A DNA stretch of 64,000 nucleotides from Octopus vulgaris (Eukaryota): positions 24,986,001 through 25,050,000 of the forward strand of contig OX597821.1 in the NCBI GenBank assembly GCA_951406725.2, read 5' to 3'. Made by a program: the position numbers and the translations under genes. Position 1 is the first letter of the stretch, and each line of letters opens with the position of its first letter. The notes under the pieces were generated by a model. It was given only the letters and a program-made list of their open reading frames with translations. It was not told where the DNA came from and did not search any database. Below are positions 47,701 through 59,700 of the stretch, piece by piece.

Positions 47701-50700
47701 ACTAAATTGTCAAAATAACACACTGAAACACTCCACGTAGCAAGAGATGAAGCTTGTTACTTCAGATTTCTTCAAAAACTAAAAAGTTTCATGTGAGCAA
47801 AAACAGTTATGATGACTGACAGGGACAAGATCTGCAAGGTCTCATTTTGTGAAATATTGTAGTTCCAGTATTGTTGTTTAACAACAGGTCAACCCTATAC
47901 ACGTACACTTACAATCAAAAGTGTTCCAGTAATGGCCATCCTATTTGGATACCTACAACTACATTGTGCTTTCTGCCTTTTTTTTTTTTTAGAGATAGTA
48001 GTGAGATTTAGTAGCTATTTCTAGTACAATGAGTGACTGCATAGAGGTTCCCTCATTGGCATAAAGGTGATGAAAAATGATGGCGATGGTTGTGGCGGTG
48101 GCGATGACAGTAGGAGTAAGAGAAAGAAGGACTGACCCTTCATCAGCATTCTCTTCAGATGAAACCCTCCTATTACTGCTCTCTGTAGCAGCCACCTTAG
48201 CAATGGCTGATTTTAGTTCATTTTCCAGTCTGTCTTCATTGCTTCTGAAGAGATAATAATAACAATGATTTCTAACATTGGCACAAAGCTATACATTTTG
48301 GAGAAGGGACAAATCTGATGAAATCACTCTCCAGTATTTGACCGATGCTTTACTAACCCTGCAACAATGATGAAGAATGAAAGCAAAGTTAACCGCTAGG
48401 ATTTGAACTCAAAAAGTAAATACTAAAAAGCATTTTGATGTCTGCTCTGCTGGTTCTGTATAATGCTGATGTCTAAAGAGAGGGGAAACTGCTGAGTGGT
48501 TGGCACTACTGACAATACAGCTAGGCAAACACACATCTATTTTTCTACTGAGACATTTTCTAGAACTGTCATTGTGTCCACAACTAATGGTTGTACAAAC
48601 ACAGCCCCAAATATCCACACTAAAATTTATACATAAACCATCATTTATGTAGTCAATAAACTTACTAGAAATAGTAAACAACTCATGCCCTACTGTATAA
48701 GTATATTTCTTTATTGCCCACAGGGGGCTAAACATAGAGGGGACAAACAAGAACAGACAAAGGCATTAAGTCGATTACATCAACCCCAGTGCGTAACTGG
48801 TACTTATTTAATCAACCCCGAAAGGATGAAAGGCAAAGTCTACCTTGGCAGAATGTGAACTCAGAATGTAACGGCAGACGAAATACCGCCAAGCATTTAG
48901 CCCGGTGTGCTAACGTTTCTGCCAGCTAGCTGCCATTTACTGTATAAATAACAAGAAGGACATACAGCATATGACTAAAAGATAGCAGGGTCAGGGCTGA
49001 CCAAGAGCTTACACAACCTGCTAGAAATAGCAAGTGAACCTTCCTCAGATTACACCCTGGAGTCTTAAATAAGAAAAGACGACCACTTGTCTCTTGAGGG
49101 CCTTTAGCAGAGTTCTGTGGCAAGTGTTGAGATGAGATCTCTGGTCCCAAGCTTTCTCCTTTCCTTTCATCATTCATGGCAGCTCTGAGAAAGGATCACG
49201 GGTATTCTTCCTCTTTTGATTCAACCATTTAAAAAAAGGGAAAAGATATGATGACCCTTAATCAAAGGCATTTCAGCCTTTGATGAAGAGTTTTCTCAAT
49301 CAAGACTTACATTAGGCTACACAAGTCCTGGCTACCAGGATTTATTCTACAAAAAATGTTGGTACTGTGAATAAATAAAAAGCTTCACTTCATTAGCCTC
49401 ACTCTACATCTACAGAGGAAGGAGATAGACTGTTGGAGAGACAGAGGGAGGGAAGCTATGAAACAGACTAAGAGAGAGAAAAGGACAGGCAGAGTAAGAG
49501 AATGGAAAGTAGACAGCCAGAGAGAGGAATAAATAGACAGCAGTGTATAATATACATATATGTGTGTGTGTGTATTTAAACTGAGTGTTTAACACATGAC
49601 TTGACCTTCAAACTATTGTGATCTTCAAGAAAAAAAACAGAGATCCGCATAGCCCCTGCCCATTCAAAGTACCTTGGATACCAGAACAACCCGCTGTGCT
49701 TGAGGAGACCTATTGAGTCAAGTACATGAACATCGAAATAAATATCAATGGAAATAGTAGTTGTGGTACCTGTGCCAGTGGCACATAAAAAGCACCATCC
49801 GAACGTGGCCGATGCCAGCACCGCCTCAACTGGCTTCTGTGCCGGTGGCACGTAAAAAGCACCCACTACACTTACGGAGTGGTTGGCATTAAGAAGGGCA
49901 TCCAGCTGTAGAAACACTACCAGATCAGACTGGAGCCTGGTGCAGCCCCTGGCTTCCCAGACTCCGGTTGAACCGTCCAACCCGTGCTAGCGCGGAAAAC
50001 GGATGTTAAACGATGATGATGATATGCCATATAAGTTTTGAGTACTCCCTCATTTTTTCAACAATTCAACACTGGGTGGTAGACTTAATCCACTGCCTTC
50101 TTTAACACATTGGGTGCCTTTAGCAGAGTTCACTCTGTTGCAACCATTCAAGCCAAGTTTCCAGTCTGAGGATAAATTCATCTCTCCATCCCACCAGTCT
50201 AAATATATATCTATCGGGTACTTTGGTTATCGCATTTATAACCTTAAGTTTATATTAATGTTTATTACGAAATTCTCCCTACGATAAATTAAGTAAACAA
50301 GGAAAATTTTTATTAGGTTTCTATACACATCTACTACATAATTATCTCCCTGAGAAAACAATAAATATGGAAGATTATTATTAGTTAATTTAAACAATAA
50401 TTTTTTTTATATCAATTAATCTAAATAAATAGAAGAGCTGTTGTATTGAAGATGCAACTATTTATATATTTTTTGTTGCAGTTATACATAGGGGAAGACT
50501 TAGATAATTATATACATATATATACACAACTATCTTATTGTTGTATGTTGTGGTGATGAGGGACTATCTTGGGCATGAAAGGGTTTCAATTGGTATGTGT
50601 TTGAGATGTAATGAAGTGGATCACTTGATTGTATTGTCTGTTAGTGTTTGTGTTGTTTTTTAATTGTAATTGATGTATGATTGAATAGTTAATGCTCACA

Positions 50701-51208
50701 CTCATAATACATAGACATTTGAATTAATTAATCCAGCCGTTCTATCACATGGAATTTTGTCTATCTTTAAACCATGACCCTGAAGTGACTTATATATAAG
50801 GGAACTGTTATTGTGCATGTAATCAGAAAATGTATATAAGTCGAATCAATTTGTTGGCCTTTTATGTTTTTTTTTTATAATTGTTTGTCATAATATTTTG
50901 TTATAATTGTTTGTTTTACATGCCACCGGCACGTAAAAAGCATCCACTACACTCTCGGAGTGGTTGGCGTTAGGAAGGGCATCCAGCTGTAGAAACTCTG
51001 CCAGATCAAGATTGGAGCCTGGTGCAGCCATCTGATTTGCCAGCCTTCAGTCAAAATCGTCCATGCTAGCATGGAAAGCGGACGTTAAACGATGATGATG
51101 ATGATGATAATATGTTATATTATATTCATAGTATATCATAATATTATAATATAAATAAATTATTGGCTTGTCAATAGTATCTCTCTATTTCATTTATCTA
51201 CACACATA

Positions 51209-51248
<40 letters not shown>

Positions 51249-54200
51249 CGTGATCACCGTGACCGACCAGGCCATCAGATGTTGTTACACATCGCTGGTC
51301 ACAATGCGCTTTGCATTGTTTTAGCCTTCAAATGATGCCACCCCGCTGGCTAAGCGACCAGGCCAACAGAAGAAAGAGTGAGAGAAAGTTGTGGCAAAAG
51401 AGTACAGCAGGGATCACCAACACCCCCTGCCGGAGCCTCGTGGAGCTTTAGGTGTTTTCGCTCAATAAACACTCACACCGCCGGGCCTGGGAATCAAAAC
51501 CGCGATCCTACGACCGCGAGTCCGCTGCCCTAACCACTAGGCCATTGCGTCTCCACATATATATATATATATATATAATAGTAGGGTAGGCCAGTTTATA
51601 GCATTACCCTGGGTTTCTCACTCATAAGGGGTTTAAGCCTTACAGAGTATCTTCAGACTCTAAACACTGCTAGCCTGAGACCTCTTTAAAGTGGTCCCAG
51701 GCCATCAGTGTTTGGGCGAACCTCATAAACCGGACTACCCCATTATAATATTAATTGCTCTACATCTTAGAGTGTGTTTCTCCTCCAGATTTAAGTATTT
51801 CTACAAACGATATACATACACACACATACACATACATCAACTGTTTGTTTATGATATATATGTAAATATATATAAATATATATTAAAGATTGACAGCCTT
51901 ACGCCTTCTCCTCTAATTTTTCTGTGAGTTCTTTAACGATTTCCTCATTGTTTTGTATGGACACTTCCTCTTTCTGTTTGAGATCTGAAAAAAAAAAAAT
52001 AAAATAGTGTCAGAGAGTAGTGGTTTACTCAGAGCAGTAGCAGGTTGAGTGAAGGAGAGTAACAGATATTGCTGAGGAGTACATTGCAGTAATGAACAAG
52101 TGGAATTACAATATCAGGCAGTGTCTACTCAGTACTCGGTTCTAAGTGAGTAGTAGGGTCACTACAGTGTAAAATGCTACCCTAAGGGCAACATTATCAC
52201 AGTAGATGAGTTAACTCTGTAATTGTGAAATTAAATTTCATGGTTATTCTAGTTGAGTTGAGTTGAGTTGAGACCCCCTTCGGTCATGATTGACCATGGG
52301 ATTGCGCCTAGAAACTTACCTTCTCAGGCACAAGTCCGGGCAAAGGTTGTTTATGAAAGACCAGCAGTCGCCCATGCATACCAGCCTCCCCTCTCCATGC
52401 CACCAATGTTATCCAAGGGAAAGGCAAAAGGGGCCGATACAGCTTGGCAACTGTGACGTCGCAACTCATTTCTACAGCTGAGTGAACTGGAGCAATGTGA
52501 AATAAAGTGTATTGCTCAAGAACACAACACCAGCCCGGTTCGGGATTCGAACTCACAACCTCACGATCATAAGCTCGACGCTCTAACCACTGAGCCATGC
52601 GAAATATCTACCAACAATTAGAAATGGTATTTTCTGCAAGTCACTTTGTCTCAATACAATTGACATATCAGTATAAGAAAAAAAATAGTTTCAGACATGG
52701 CATTCCTCAACAAAAGATAGACTGGTATCTAAAACTGCTTTCCACAGTAAAGGTCAATGAAATTTTGAGTGGATATATCTGATTCCTGCAGTAGAAGGGT
52801 TAAACTAGACATAACCAGCCAAAATATTCTACCTATTTTATGTTCAAACCATCCAGATCTGGCCTCTCACACCTAACATACAATGTCATTCCAAAAATAA
52901 ACAATCACATCATCGAAATCTCAAAACTCCAAGATAATGTATGATTAAGTCAAAGCAATGTGAACATATAATCCTTACATTTGACAAAATAATCTGAATG
53001 CTAAAGGATTAATGTAGTGCAGTGGATTACAAGTTATGATTTAGAACAGAAAACATTTTGCTGTAAGAAAAAAGACAAGGTATAGAGATTAACATAAGGA
53101 TAAGTAGATAACAACACAATAGGTTTCTTATTTCTTTATTGCCCACAAGGGGCTAAACACAGAGGGGACAAACAAGAACAGACAAAGGGATCAAGTCGAT
53201 TACGTTGATCCCAGTGCGTAACTGGTACTTAATTTATCAACCCCGAAAGGATGAAAGGCAAAGTCAACCTCGGTGGAATTTGAACTCAGAACATAACAGC
53301 AGACAAAATACCGCTAAGCATTTCGCCTGGCGTGCTAACGTTTCTGCCAGCTCACCGCCTAACAACACAGTGGGTTTCTACACAACTGTGGGTGAAGAGA
53401 AAACTAGTGTTACTATACAGTAATATGGCAACATATTTCACCCTTTAGCATTTAAACCAGCTTTATCTGGCCAAAACATTCTTCCTATTTCATGTTCAAA
53501 CTAGCCAGATCCAAACTCTCACCCCTACTTACAATGTTCGTCTAAAAAATATAGTCACATAATTGCAATCTCAAGGCTACAAGATAAATTCAAAACAATG
53601 TGAATAAATAAACATTACATTTAATAAAATAATCTGAATGTTAAAGGGCCTAATACACAGTAATATAACTGGCACTTATGTTAACCCATTCTATTGTTCT
53701 AACCTAAGTTACAGAGCAACGTATCACTAAAGTGGTAGACTTAATCCACTGCCTGGTCCTTGGGTTCTCTTAGCAAAGTTCACACTGTTGCAAGCTAGGT
53801 CTCTTAGAAGATAACCTCCTTTGTTACCTACCAACAGTCTTGGAAGCACTGAAAAAATAGAAGGGCATGGGTGCTACTTTTCTATCCCTGACTAAGAAAT
53901 GAGGTTCTAAAAAAAAGAGGGGTGGGGTAATGGGATGGATCACTGAAATGGAATGGGCTACATTCAAGTATTGGGTTAGTACATAAGGGGTTACAACATA
54001 GCATTAAGGCACCAATGTGGTGGGTCAACATAGGCCAATGGTGCAATGAAGATCAGTGGGGAAACGGAATAGGAGCGCATTGAAGTTTGGAATGTAGCAA
54101 CATTTTAATAGGCATGTGGGTCAATACTTAATAACAATTATATGGGAGGTCATAAATCAGTGGGTTAATTACATCAGGGAAACATAACTATGAAACTTTA

Positions 54201-55790
54201 AAGAATAGTAGATATCATATAGTTAAAATTAGAGATGTTAGCATGGAAGGCAGACGTTAAATGATGATGATGATGTTGATAGTGAACCAATACAGTTGGG
54301 GGATAGCCCAGAGAAATGGGTGAACAGTGCAATAAAAACCAAACTTACCATTTATAGTTGCAGTCAATTCTTCAATCTGTTGTTGGAGTTCCTTGTTTGT
54401 CTGGTCCTTCTCAGTAGTGAGTTTGGATAGGGCTTGGTTGAAGATAACCTGTGTATAGATAAATAGGGAGAGTGGTAAATGTTGGGATACACAGGGAGGG
54501 AGATGCTGAGAGACAGCAACGAATTTGGGGAGAAACATGAAGTGGAAAAGAGATGTGAAGGGAGTACAGAGAGCATATGGAGGAAAAGACAGTAGAGAAT
54601 GGTGGGGGAGAGAGATGAAAAGGTTGCTGATATGTATATAGAAAATTGTTACAGTGTGTGTCTACATACGTATGTATATATACACACACATACAGCTTCT
54701 CTTTCTCTCTCCCACATACACCTCAAGAGTTCAAACAGCAATATACACAAGACCTGGCACTACCAACAGACCTGGGTTTCAAGTCTATTGCAATTCTTAA
54801 CTTGTTCACATGAAGCTAATCTTAACAACTGGAACAAACACAAGGTTATTCCTAACATCTGGTATAACACATGGTTACCTCTAATATCTAGTCTCAACAT
54901 AAGGTTAACCCTTCCATCTGAGTTGAACACAAAATTAACCCTAACACTGACAACTAATCCCAGATGTATAATCAATACAATAAGTCAATAAATCCAATTA
55001 AAATTTAATCAAACATTTATCCCCCGAACTGACTTCTGACTATGTATGTCTGGAGTATTTTATCCCTTGTTGAGAGAAAACTTGGAGAAATTAGGGAGAA
55101 CTTAAGAAGTATGAAGGCAAAAAATTGATAGTATCAAGAGTATATCAGACAAAATATATAGTTTTTGTACCAGTTCTTTATACTCATACAGGTGTCTAAC
55201 TGACTTTTATTTTCCTTTTGAAATTCCTTGACAAGCACACAGCACTTGTCAAGAAAATCAGCCTGATGATTTCTTGATGATGGAAAAGAAATGGAAAGAG
55301 GTGTGACTTACAAGAAGTGGGTCAACAGACTGGTCCCTACAATGCTCCCTTAACCATATAGCACTTAAACCAGCCATGCCCAGCCCAAATATTCTGTTCT
55401 GTATTCAAACTGGGCAGATCCAGCCTCTCACACCTACCCTATATATCAATCACACTATCAAACACTCAAAGCTTTCAGATATTTCCTGACTGATTCAAAA
55501 CCATATGAATAAATAAGTATTACATTTGACAGAGTAACCTGAATGTTAAAGAGTTAACCCTAGCAGCAGCAATGGGTTCACTGAAAACAAAACACTTGGA
55601 ATAAAAAAGAGATCACTCATCCTTACCTTGTCTTAGAAAACAAATGTTCGATATAAAGTTGTTAACCTACCTGTTTCTCTGCTATTAAAGACTTCCTCTG
55701 AACATTGAGCTTCTCTTCATATTCTGCCTCTAAACTGGCTCGAAGTTGCTTTAACTCTTGCTGGTGCTTTAAAGACTCTTCTTGCCTTGC
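41545..55790 (-). CDS. RB1CC1: RB1-inducible coiled-coil protein 1 (FIP200, Atg11/Atg17-like autophagy scaffold), 3' part, multi-exon
   Basis: Minus-strand exons 55671-55790, 54349-54448, 51903-51984, 48137-48244, 44338-44380, 42440-42495, 42047-42174, 41870-41940 and 41545-41778 join in phase. DKVSITSFQSGDLVLLCLDEEHGHYVVFTVGNTLHFLH...PWVLGIITDKEYCIAKKYQNRYRVPMGTKFYRVRAKPW is the Atg11/Claw domain (human IAIRDFQVGDLVLIILDERHDNYVLFTVSPTLYFLH...PWVLGKVMEKEYCQAKKAQNRFKVPLGTKFYRVKAVSW). Confidence 0.95.
41870..41940 (-). CDS. RB1CC1: RB1CC1 Claw-domain exon (MSTPREPWVLGIITDKEYCIAKK)
   Basis: Conserved PWVLG...KEYC.AKK; ttag acceptor and gtaagt donor. Confidence 0.95.
42047..42174 (-). CDS. RB1CC1: RB1CC1 Claw-domain exon (FQSGDLVLLCLDEEHGHYVVFTVGNTLHFLHTDCLDNLGLRS)
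   Basis: Strong Atg11-domain motif; tgtag acceptor and gtaagt donor. Confidence 0.95.
42440..42495 (-). CDS. RB1CC1: RB1CC1 exon (MELSMSASVFDQDKVSIT)
   Basis: ttccag acceptor and AG/gtcagt donor; leads into the Claw domain. Confidence 0.88.
44338..44380 (-). CDS. RB1CC1: RB1CC1 exon (YEEESVDKLKALKK)
   Basis: ttgtag acceptor and AAG/gtaagt donor; phase 2 to 0. Confidence 0.8.
45073..45520 (+). mobile_element. 3' fragment of a restriction-like-endonuclease non-LTR retrotransposon (Hero-clade-like)
   Basis: Translates as IVELTVPH...RY..LLEECEDAGW...PIKVRCRGFVG...LGL...EKASHWIWLKR with one internal stop; terminal stop at 45379-45381. Confidence 0.8.
48137..48244 (-). CDS. RB1CC1: RB1CC1 exon (SNEDRLENELKSAIAKVAATESSNRRVSSEENADE)
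   Basis: ttcag acceptor and gtcagt donor; phase 2 to 2. Confidence 0.8.
49625..50022 (+). mobile_element. RTE 3' UTR fragment with (GAT)n tail; similar fragments at 1-130, 2690-2840(-), 4153-4455(-), 27523-27695, 35090-35300, 35570-35780, 43725-43862, 50914-51107
   Basis: Shared ggcatccagctgtagaaac...tccaacccatgctagcatggaaa...gttaaacgatgatgat end, homologous to 31940-32138. Confidence 0.85.
51245..51556 (-). mobile_element. tRNA-derived SINE (family C) inserted in (TA)n
   Basis: Minus strand begins ggagacgcaatggcctagtggttagggc...ggttttgattccc; ends with duplicated tcacggtga; (TA)n on both sides. Confidence 0.8.
51903..51984 (-). CDS. RB1CC1: RB1CC1 exon (LKQKEEVSIQNNEEIVKELTEKLEEK)
   Basis: Poly-T plus cag acceptor and gtaagg donor; phase 1 to 2. 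Confidence 0.85.
52251..52601 (-). mobile_element. tRNA-derived CORE-like SINE (family D) with (CAACT)n tail; other copies at 33772-34045(+) and 58190-58460(-)
   Basis: A box tggctcagtggttagagcg, B box gagttcgaatcc, then tgtgttcttgagcaa; (agttg)4 on the plus strand. Confidence 0.85.
53122..53362 (-). mobile_element. SINE family B (Meta-domain-like); other copies at 36650-36860, 48700-48930, 56365-57580 (array), 57675-57880(+), 59345-59545(+)
   Basis: ggcggtgagctggcagaaacgttagcacg...gagttcaaattcc...gactttgcctttcatcctttcggggttgataaattaagtacc. Confidence 0.8.
53441..53648. mobile_element. piggyBac-type MITE, about 200 bp; further copies at about 52797-53008 and 55354-55553
   Basis: ccctttagcatt...aatgttaaaggg termini; the copy at 55354 has TTAA on both sides; all three copies share the internal sequence. 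Confidence 0.8.
54349..54448 (-). CDS. RB1CC1: RB1CC1 exon (VIFNQALSKLTTEKDQTNKELQQQIEELTATIN)
   Basis: acag acceptor and gtaagt donor; phase 0 to 1; within ORF 54257-54538. Confidence 0.88.
55671..55790 (-). CDS. RB1CC1: RB1CC1 exon (ARQEESLKHQQELKQLRASLEAEYEEKLNVQRKSLIAEKQ)
   Basis: cttag acceptor and gtagg donor on the minus strand; 40 codons of coiled coil. Confidence 0.85.
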
Positions 55791-56631
55791 CTAAGAGGGG
55801 ACAACAGAGGTTCCAATGAAGGGGTCATTAACAGGATTAATTTTGCAGTCCGGAAACTTCCAGACAAATCAATTAGATTTAGCAAGAGTGGGGAAGGTGT
55901 TAAAGTTAGATGGAGTTGTAGCAAAAATTAGACAAATAGCAAGAAAGAGAGAGAGAGAGAAGTCTATGTATGTAGATGTAAATGACAGAGCTGGGTTTCA
56001 CTGCTCTGTCTACACTGGTGTCAGTTCAAATCTTCCTCCAATCAACATTGCCTTCTGGGGTTCAAGCATAAACCATTCCCAGTAACCATTAAACTGCTTA
56101 ATTTTTGAAATTGATATTGGACAACTGTTATCCCATCTAAAGAAATAACCTAGCATTTGTAGAGATAAATGCTTTATTACAGTACTTAGTGAGAGAGTGG
56201 AGAAGGAAGTGCTGGTTAATGAGTGCAAGTTTATTTTAAAATACGTGTTTCCAGACATAAATATAATGGCTCAGGAACAAAGATTAAGAGATCAAATTTT
56301 AGTTAAAATAGTAATTTAAGTGAACTTAATAGTTCAGAATATTTCAACATCAATAATAATAAAAATGGTTTCAAATTTTGCCACAAGGGCAGCAATTTTG
56401 GGGGAGGAGATTAGTCAATTACATCGACCCCAATGTTCAACTGGTACTTATTTTATTGACCCCCAAAATGATGAAAGGCAAAGTTGAACTCAGAACATAG
56501 CTATGAGCAAAATACCATTAAGCATTTCATCCAGCAATCAACAGTAATAAAATAATAACAATAATATTAGTTCCAAATTTTGGCGCATTTCCAATAGTTT
56601 TAGAGGTGAGCGTAAGGCAATTACATTGGGA

Positions 56632-56762
56632 GGTAATATTTATCTCCACTTCAATATGGATTTGCACTGGAAACCAAAATGAGAGTTTCTCTCATAGTAT
56701 CTACCACAGTATAGTCTGTTCTAACAGTACATCCACGTTTAAGTCGGAATAAATATTAACTT
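56632..56762. mobile_element. Small MITE inserted into a SINE; second copy at about 2965-3102
   Basis: Imperfect TIRs ggtaatatttatctccactt and aagtcggaataaatattaac; shared core agtttctctcat...taccaca...catccac. Confidence 0.6.
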
Positions 56763-59700
56763 TCAGTATTTATACTGCCTCTGACATCAGTATATATTAT
56801 ATATCATCTACATTGATTCCAATGCTTAACTGGTATTTATTTTATCAACCCCTAAAAAGATGAAGGGCAAAGTTGGAATTTGAACTCAGAATGTAAAGAG
56901 CCAAAAGAAATGTCACTAAACATTTTGCCCAACGCACTAATAATTTTGCTTGCTTGCCATTATAATAATCCTTCCTACAACAGGCACAAGGCCAGCAATT
57001 TTGGGGGAAGGAGATAGATTAGATTGACCTCAGTGCTCAACTGGTACGAAAGGATAAAAAACAAAGTCAATCTTGGTGAAATTTGAACTTAGAGTAAAAT
57101 GCTAAACATTTGGTCGAGTGCAGGGATGACTGTGGAAGCTCGCTGCCTATAATAATGCTAATAATAATAATGATGGTTTCAAATTTTGGCACAAGGCCAG
57201 CAATTTCGGAGAGGGGGGTGAGTCAATTACATTGACTTTAGTGTTCAACTGGTACTTATCTTATTGGCCGAGATAGGATGAAAGATAAAACCCATCTCAG
57301 CAGAATCTGAACACAGAATATAAAAGACAGACGAAATGCCACAGAGCATTCAGCTTGGCATGCTAAGAACTCTGTCATTTTTAGGCAAAAAGCTTGAAAT
57401 TTGAGTGGGAGGGGCCTGGTCAATTACAGCAACTCCAGTACCAGACTGGTACTTATTTCATCAACCCCAAAAGAATGAAAAGCAAAGCTGTGGAATTTGA
57501 ACTCAGCGGGTAAAGATGGACAAAATGCCACTAAGCATTTTGTCTGACATGTTAAACAGTTCTGCCAGCTTGCTACCTTAATAATGATGATCCTTAAATC
57601 CTTAAAAATGTTTTAGCCCGAAGGCTGCGGCCATGCTGGGGCACCACCGCTGATGATAATTTTTGTTGTTTATCAAGATGGTAGATTGGCAAAATTGTTA
57701 AAACATTAGACAAAACGCTTTGCAGGATTTCTTCCTACTCTTTACATTCTGAGTTCAAAAATCAACTTTGCCTCTCATCATCTTGTGTTTGATAAAGTGC
57801 CAAAGCAAGTACTAAGATCAATAGTATCAACTATCCTCCTTTCCCATCAAAATTTCTGGCCTTGTGCCTAAATTGAAAACCATTATAATTATTTCTGATA
57901 CAGGCTCACATATTGGTGACAATAGAATCCACAATGTCATTAACAATACATAACTAGTATTAGCTTAGATAGGATTTGAACTCAGAATGTAAAGGGATAT
58001 AAATATACACTCTAAGGTAGTTTTTATCTATTGTTCTACAGTTACTGCTATTTCATCTCAGAAATCCTGACCTAAAATTCTTTGGTCTTTGACTTAAAGG
58101 ACCTGTAAGGTGAAAAACTTACATGGACTGACTTATGTCAGATGACATTCTAAACCTGAAATACCAGTCAAAACTACACGAAAGTCACTATTTGTGGATG
58201 TGTATGCCATCGTAATTTAATGGTAGTTTCTTGAAGCCTGCTGAACAAACTGCACAGATGATTTGTTTATAGTGATTGAGTGTTTGTGCTGCATACACGC
58301 TTACTCCCCTCATCAAATCAACACTGCCTAAACAGGTGCACAGTAATCACAGAGCAACATGAGCTGAAGTGTCTTGCTCAAGAACACAATGCACCACCCA
58401 ATCCAAGAATTGAACCCATGATCTTACAATTGTGAGTGCAAACCCCTGGCTCAAGCACCTTCACTGCACTGTCCATTAGAGTTGTTATTGGGTAGATCCA
58501 AGCCAGCTTTGATCAACAGATCTATGGTGCACAGGGAGTCAGGTAAATGACTAGAGGATCTATGGTATACAGGTGTTTGGTTAAATGACTAGATGGTGTG
58601 ATCAACAGATCTGGGGTACACAGTATGATCAGCAGATCCTTTTCTCAAAATATACCATACCTCTCTACCTTATGAAGAACCAAACAGTATAGTGGATGTA
58701 ATGCAGTGGTCTGGGTACATTGCTGTTGGTACTGAGTCTCATATAAACTATGATCAAAGATCTTCCAGCTGTGATTGTCCCATCTTTTATTTAGACGCAG
58801 TGTGTGAGGCATCATCCAATGTTTTTCTTTCCTTCCTTTTCTCCGTAGAACAATAAATGATATGAGGGAGATTTGGCTGTTATTTCTAGCGAGTCAAAAA
58901 ACCACATAGAGGGCTTCATTTGTGCATGTGTTTATATGCATAATTCCATATTTTATGAATCTACCACAATTTAAAAATTATGTAGTCATCTTGAAATTTA
59001 TTTTATTCAAAAAGAGAAATTTATATTTTACGTAAACTTTATTTACTTCATTGTAAAGTGAATTTATTAGAAATTTAAACAATATGATCTACATTGGAAA
59101 TTCTTTATTTTCAGTAAGATAAAACTAGACAGCATATAAAGTATGTATGTGTAAAAATATATATTCACTAATAAGTCATACCCTTATCCTGATTGTAACT
59201 TCAAATTGCATCTGGTTGTAGGTCTCTGGTTCAGGAATAAAGAGTGTGGAATAAATAGTCTTGGCCACTATTGTTCCCAGGTCTGATCTGGAGTAGTAGC
59301 ACTTGTCAGAGTCCCACCTATGGGTTATTGTTATTGTTTAGCAGGATCGTTAGTATGCTGGGTGAAATGCTTAGTGGCATTTTGTTTGCCTTCATGTTCT
59401 GAATTCAAATTCTGCCATGGTTGACTTTGCCTTTTATCCTTTCAGGGTTGATAAATTAAGTATCAAGCAGTCAAGCACTGGGGTTGATGTAATCAACTAG
59501 TCCCCTCCCACTAAATTTCAGGCCTTGTGTCTATAGTAGAAAGGATTATCATCATCATCATCATCATGGATATGTTCATGGTTATGGCACGATTTGATAA
59601 GTTTTCTCTTTCTTCATACTGGTTGGTTTTTTGCTTGTGTTTGCCATTTATTATGATCGATTCCTTTTTGCATTCGTTAGCATTATTAAGGCTTGCCTAC

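Noticed and set aside
52525-52601. tRNA gene
   Set aside because: It has A and B boxes but continues into a SINE body and tail, and other copies exist; the same applies to the heads at 20229 and 51556.
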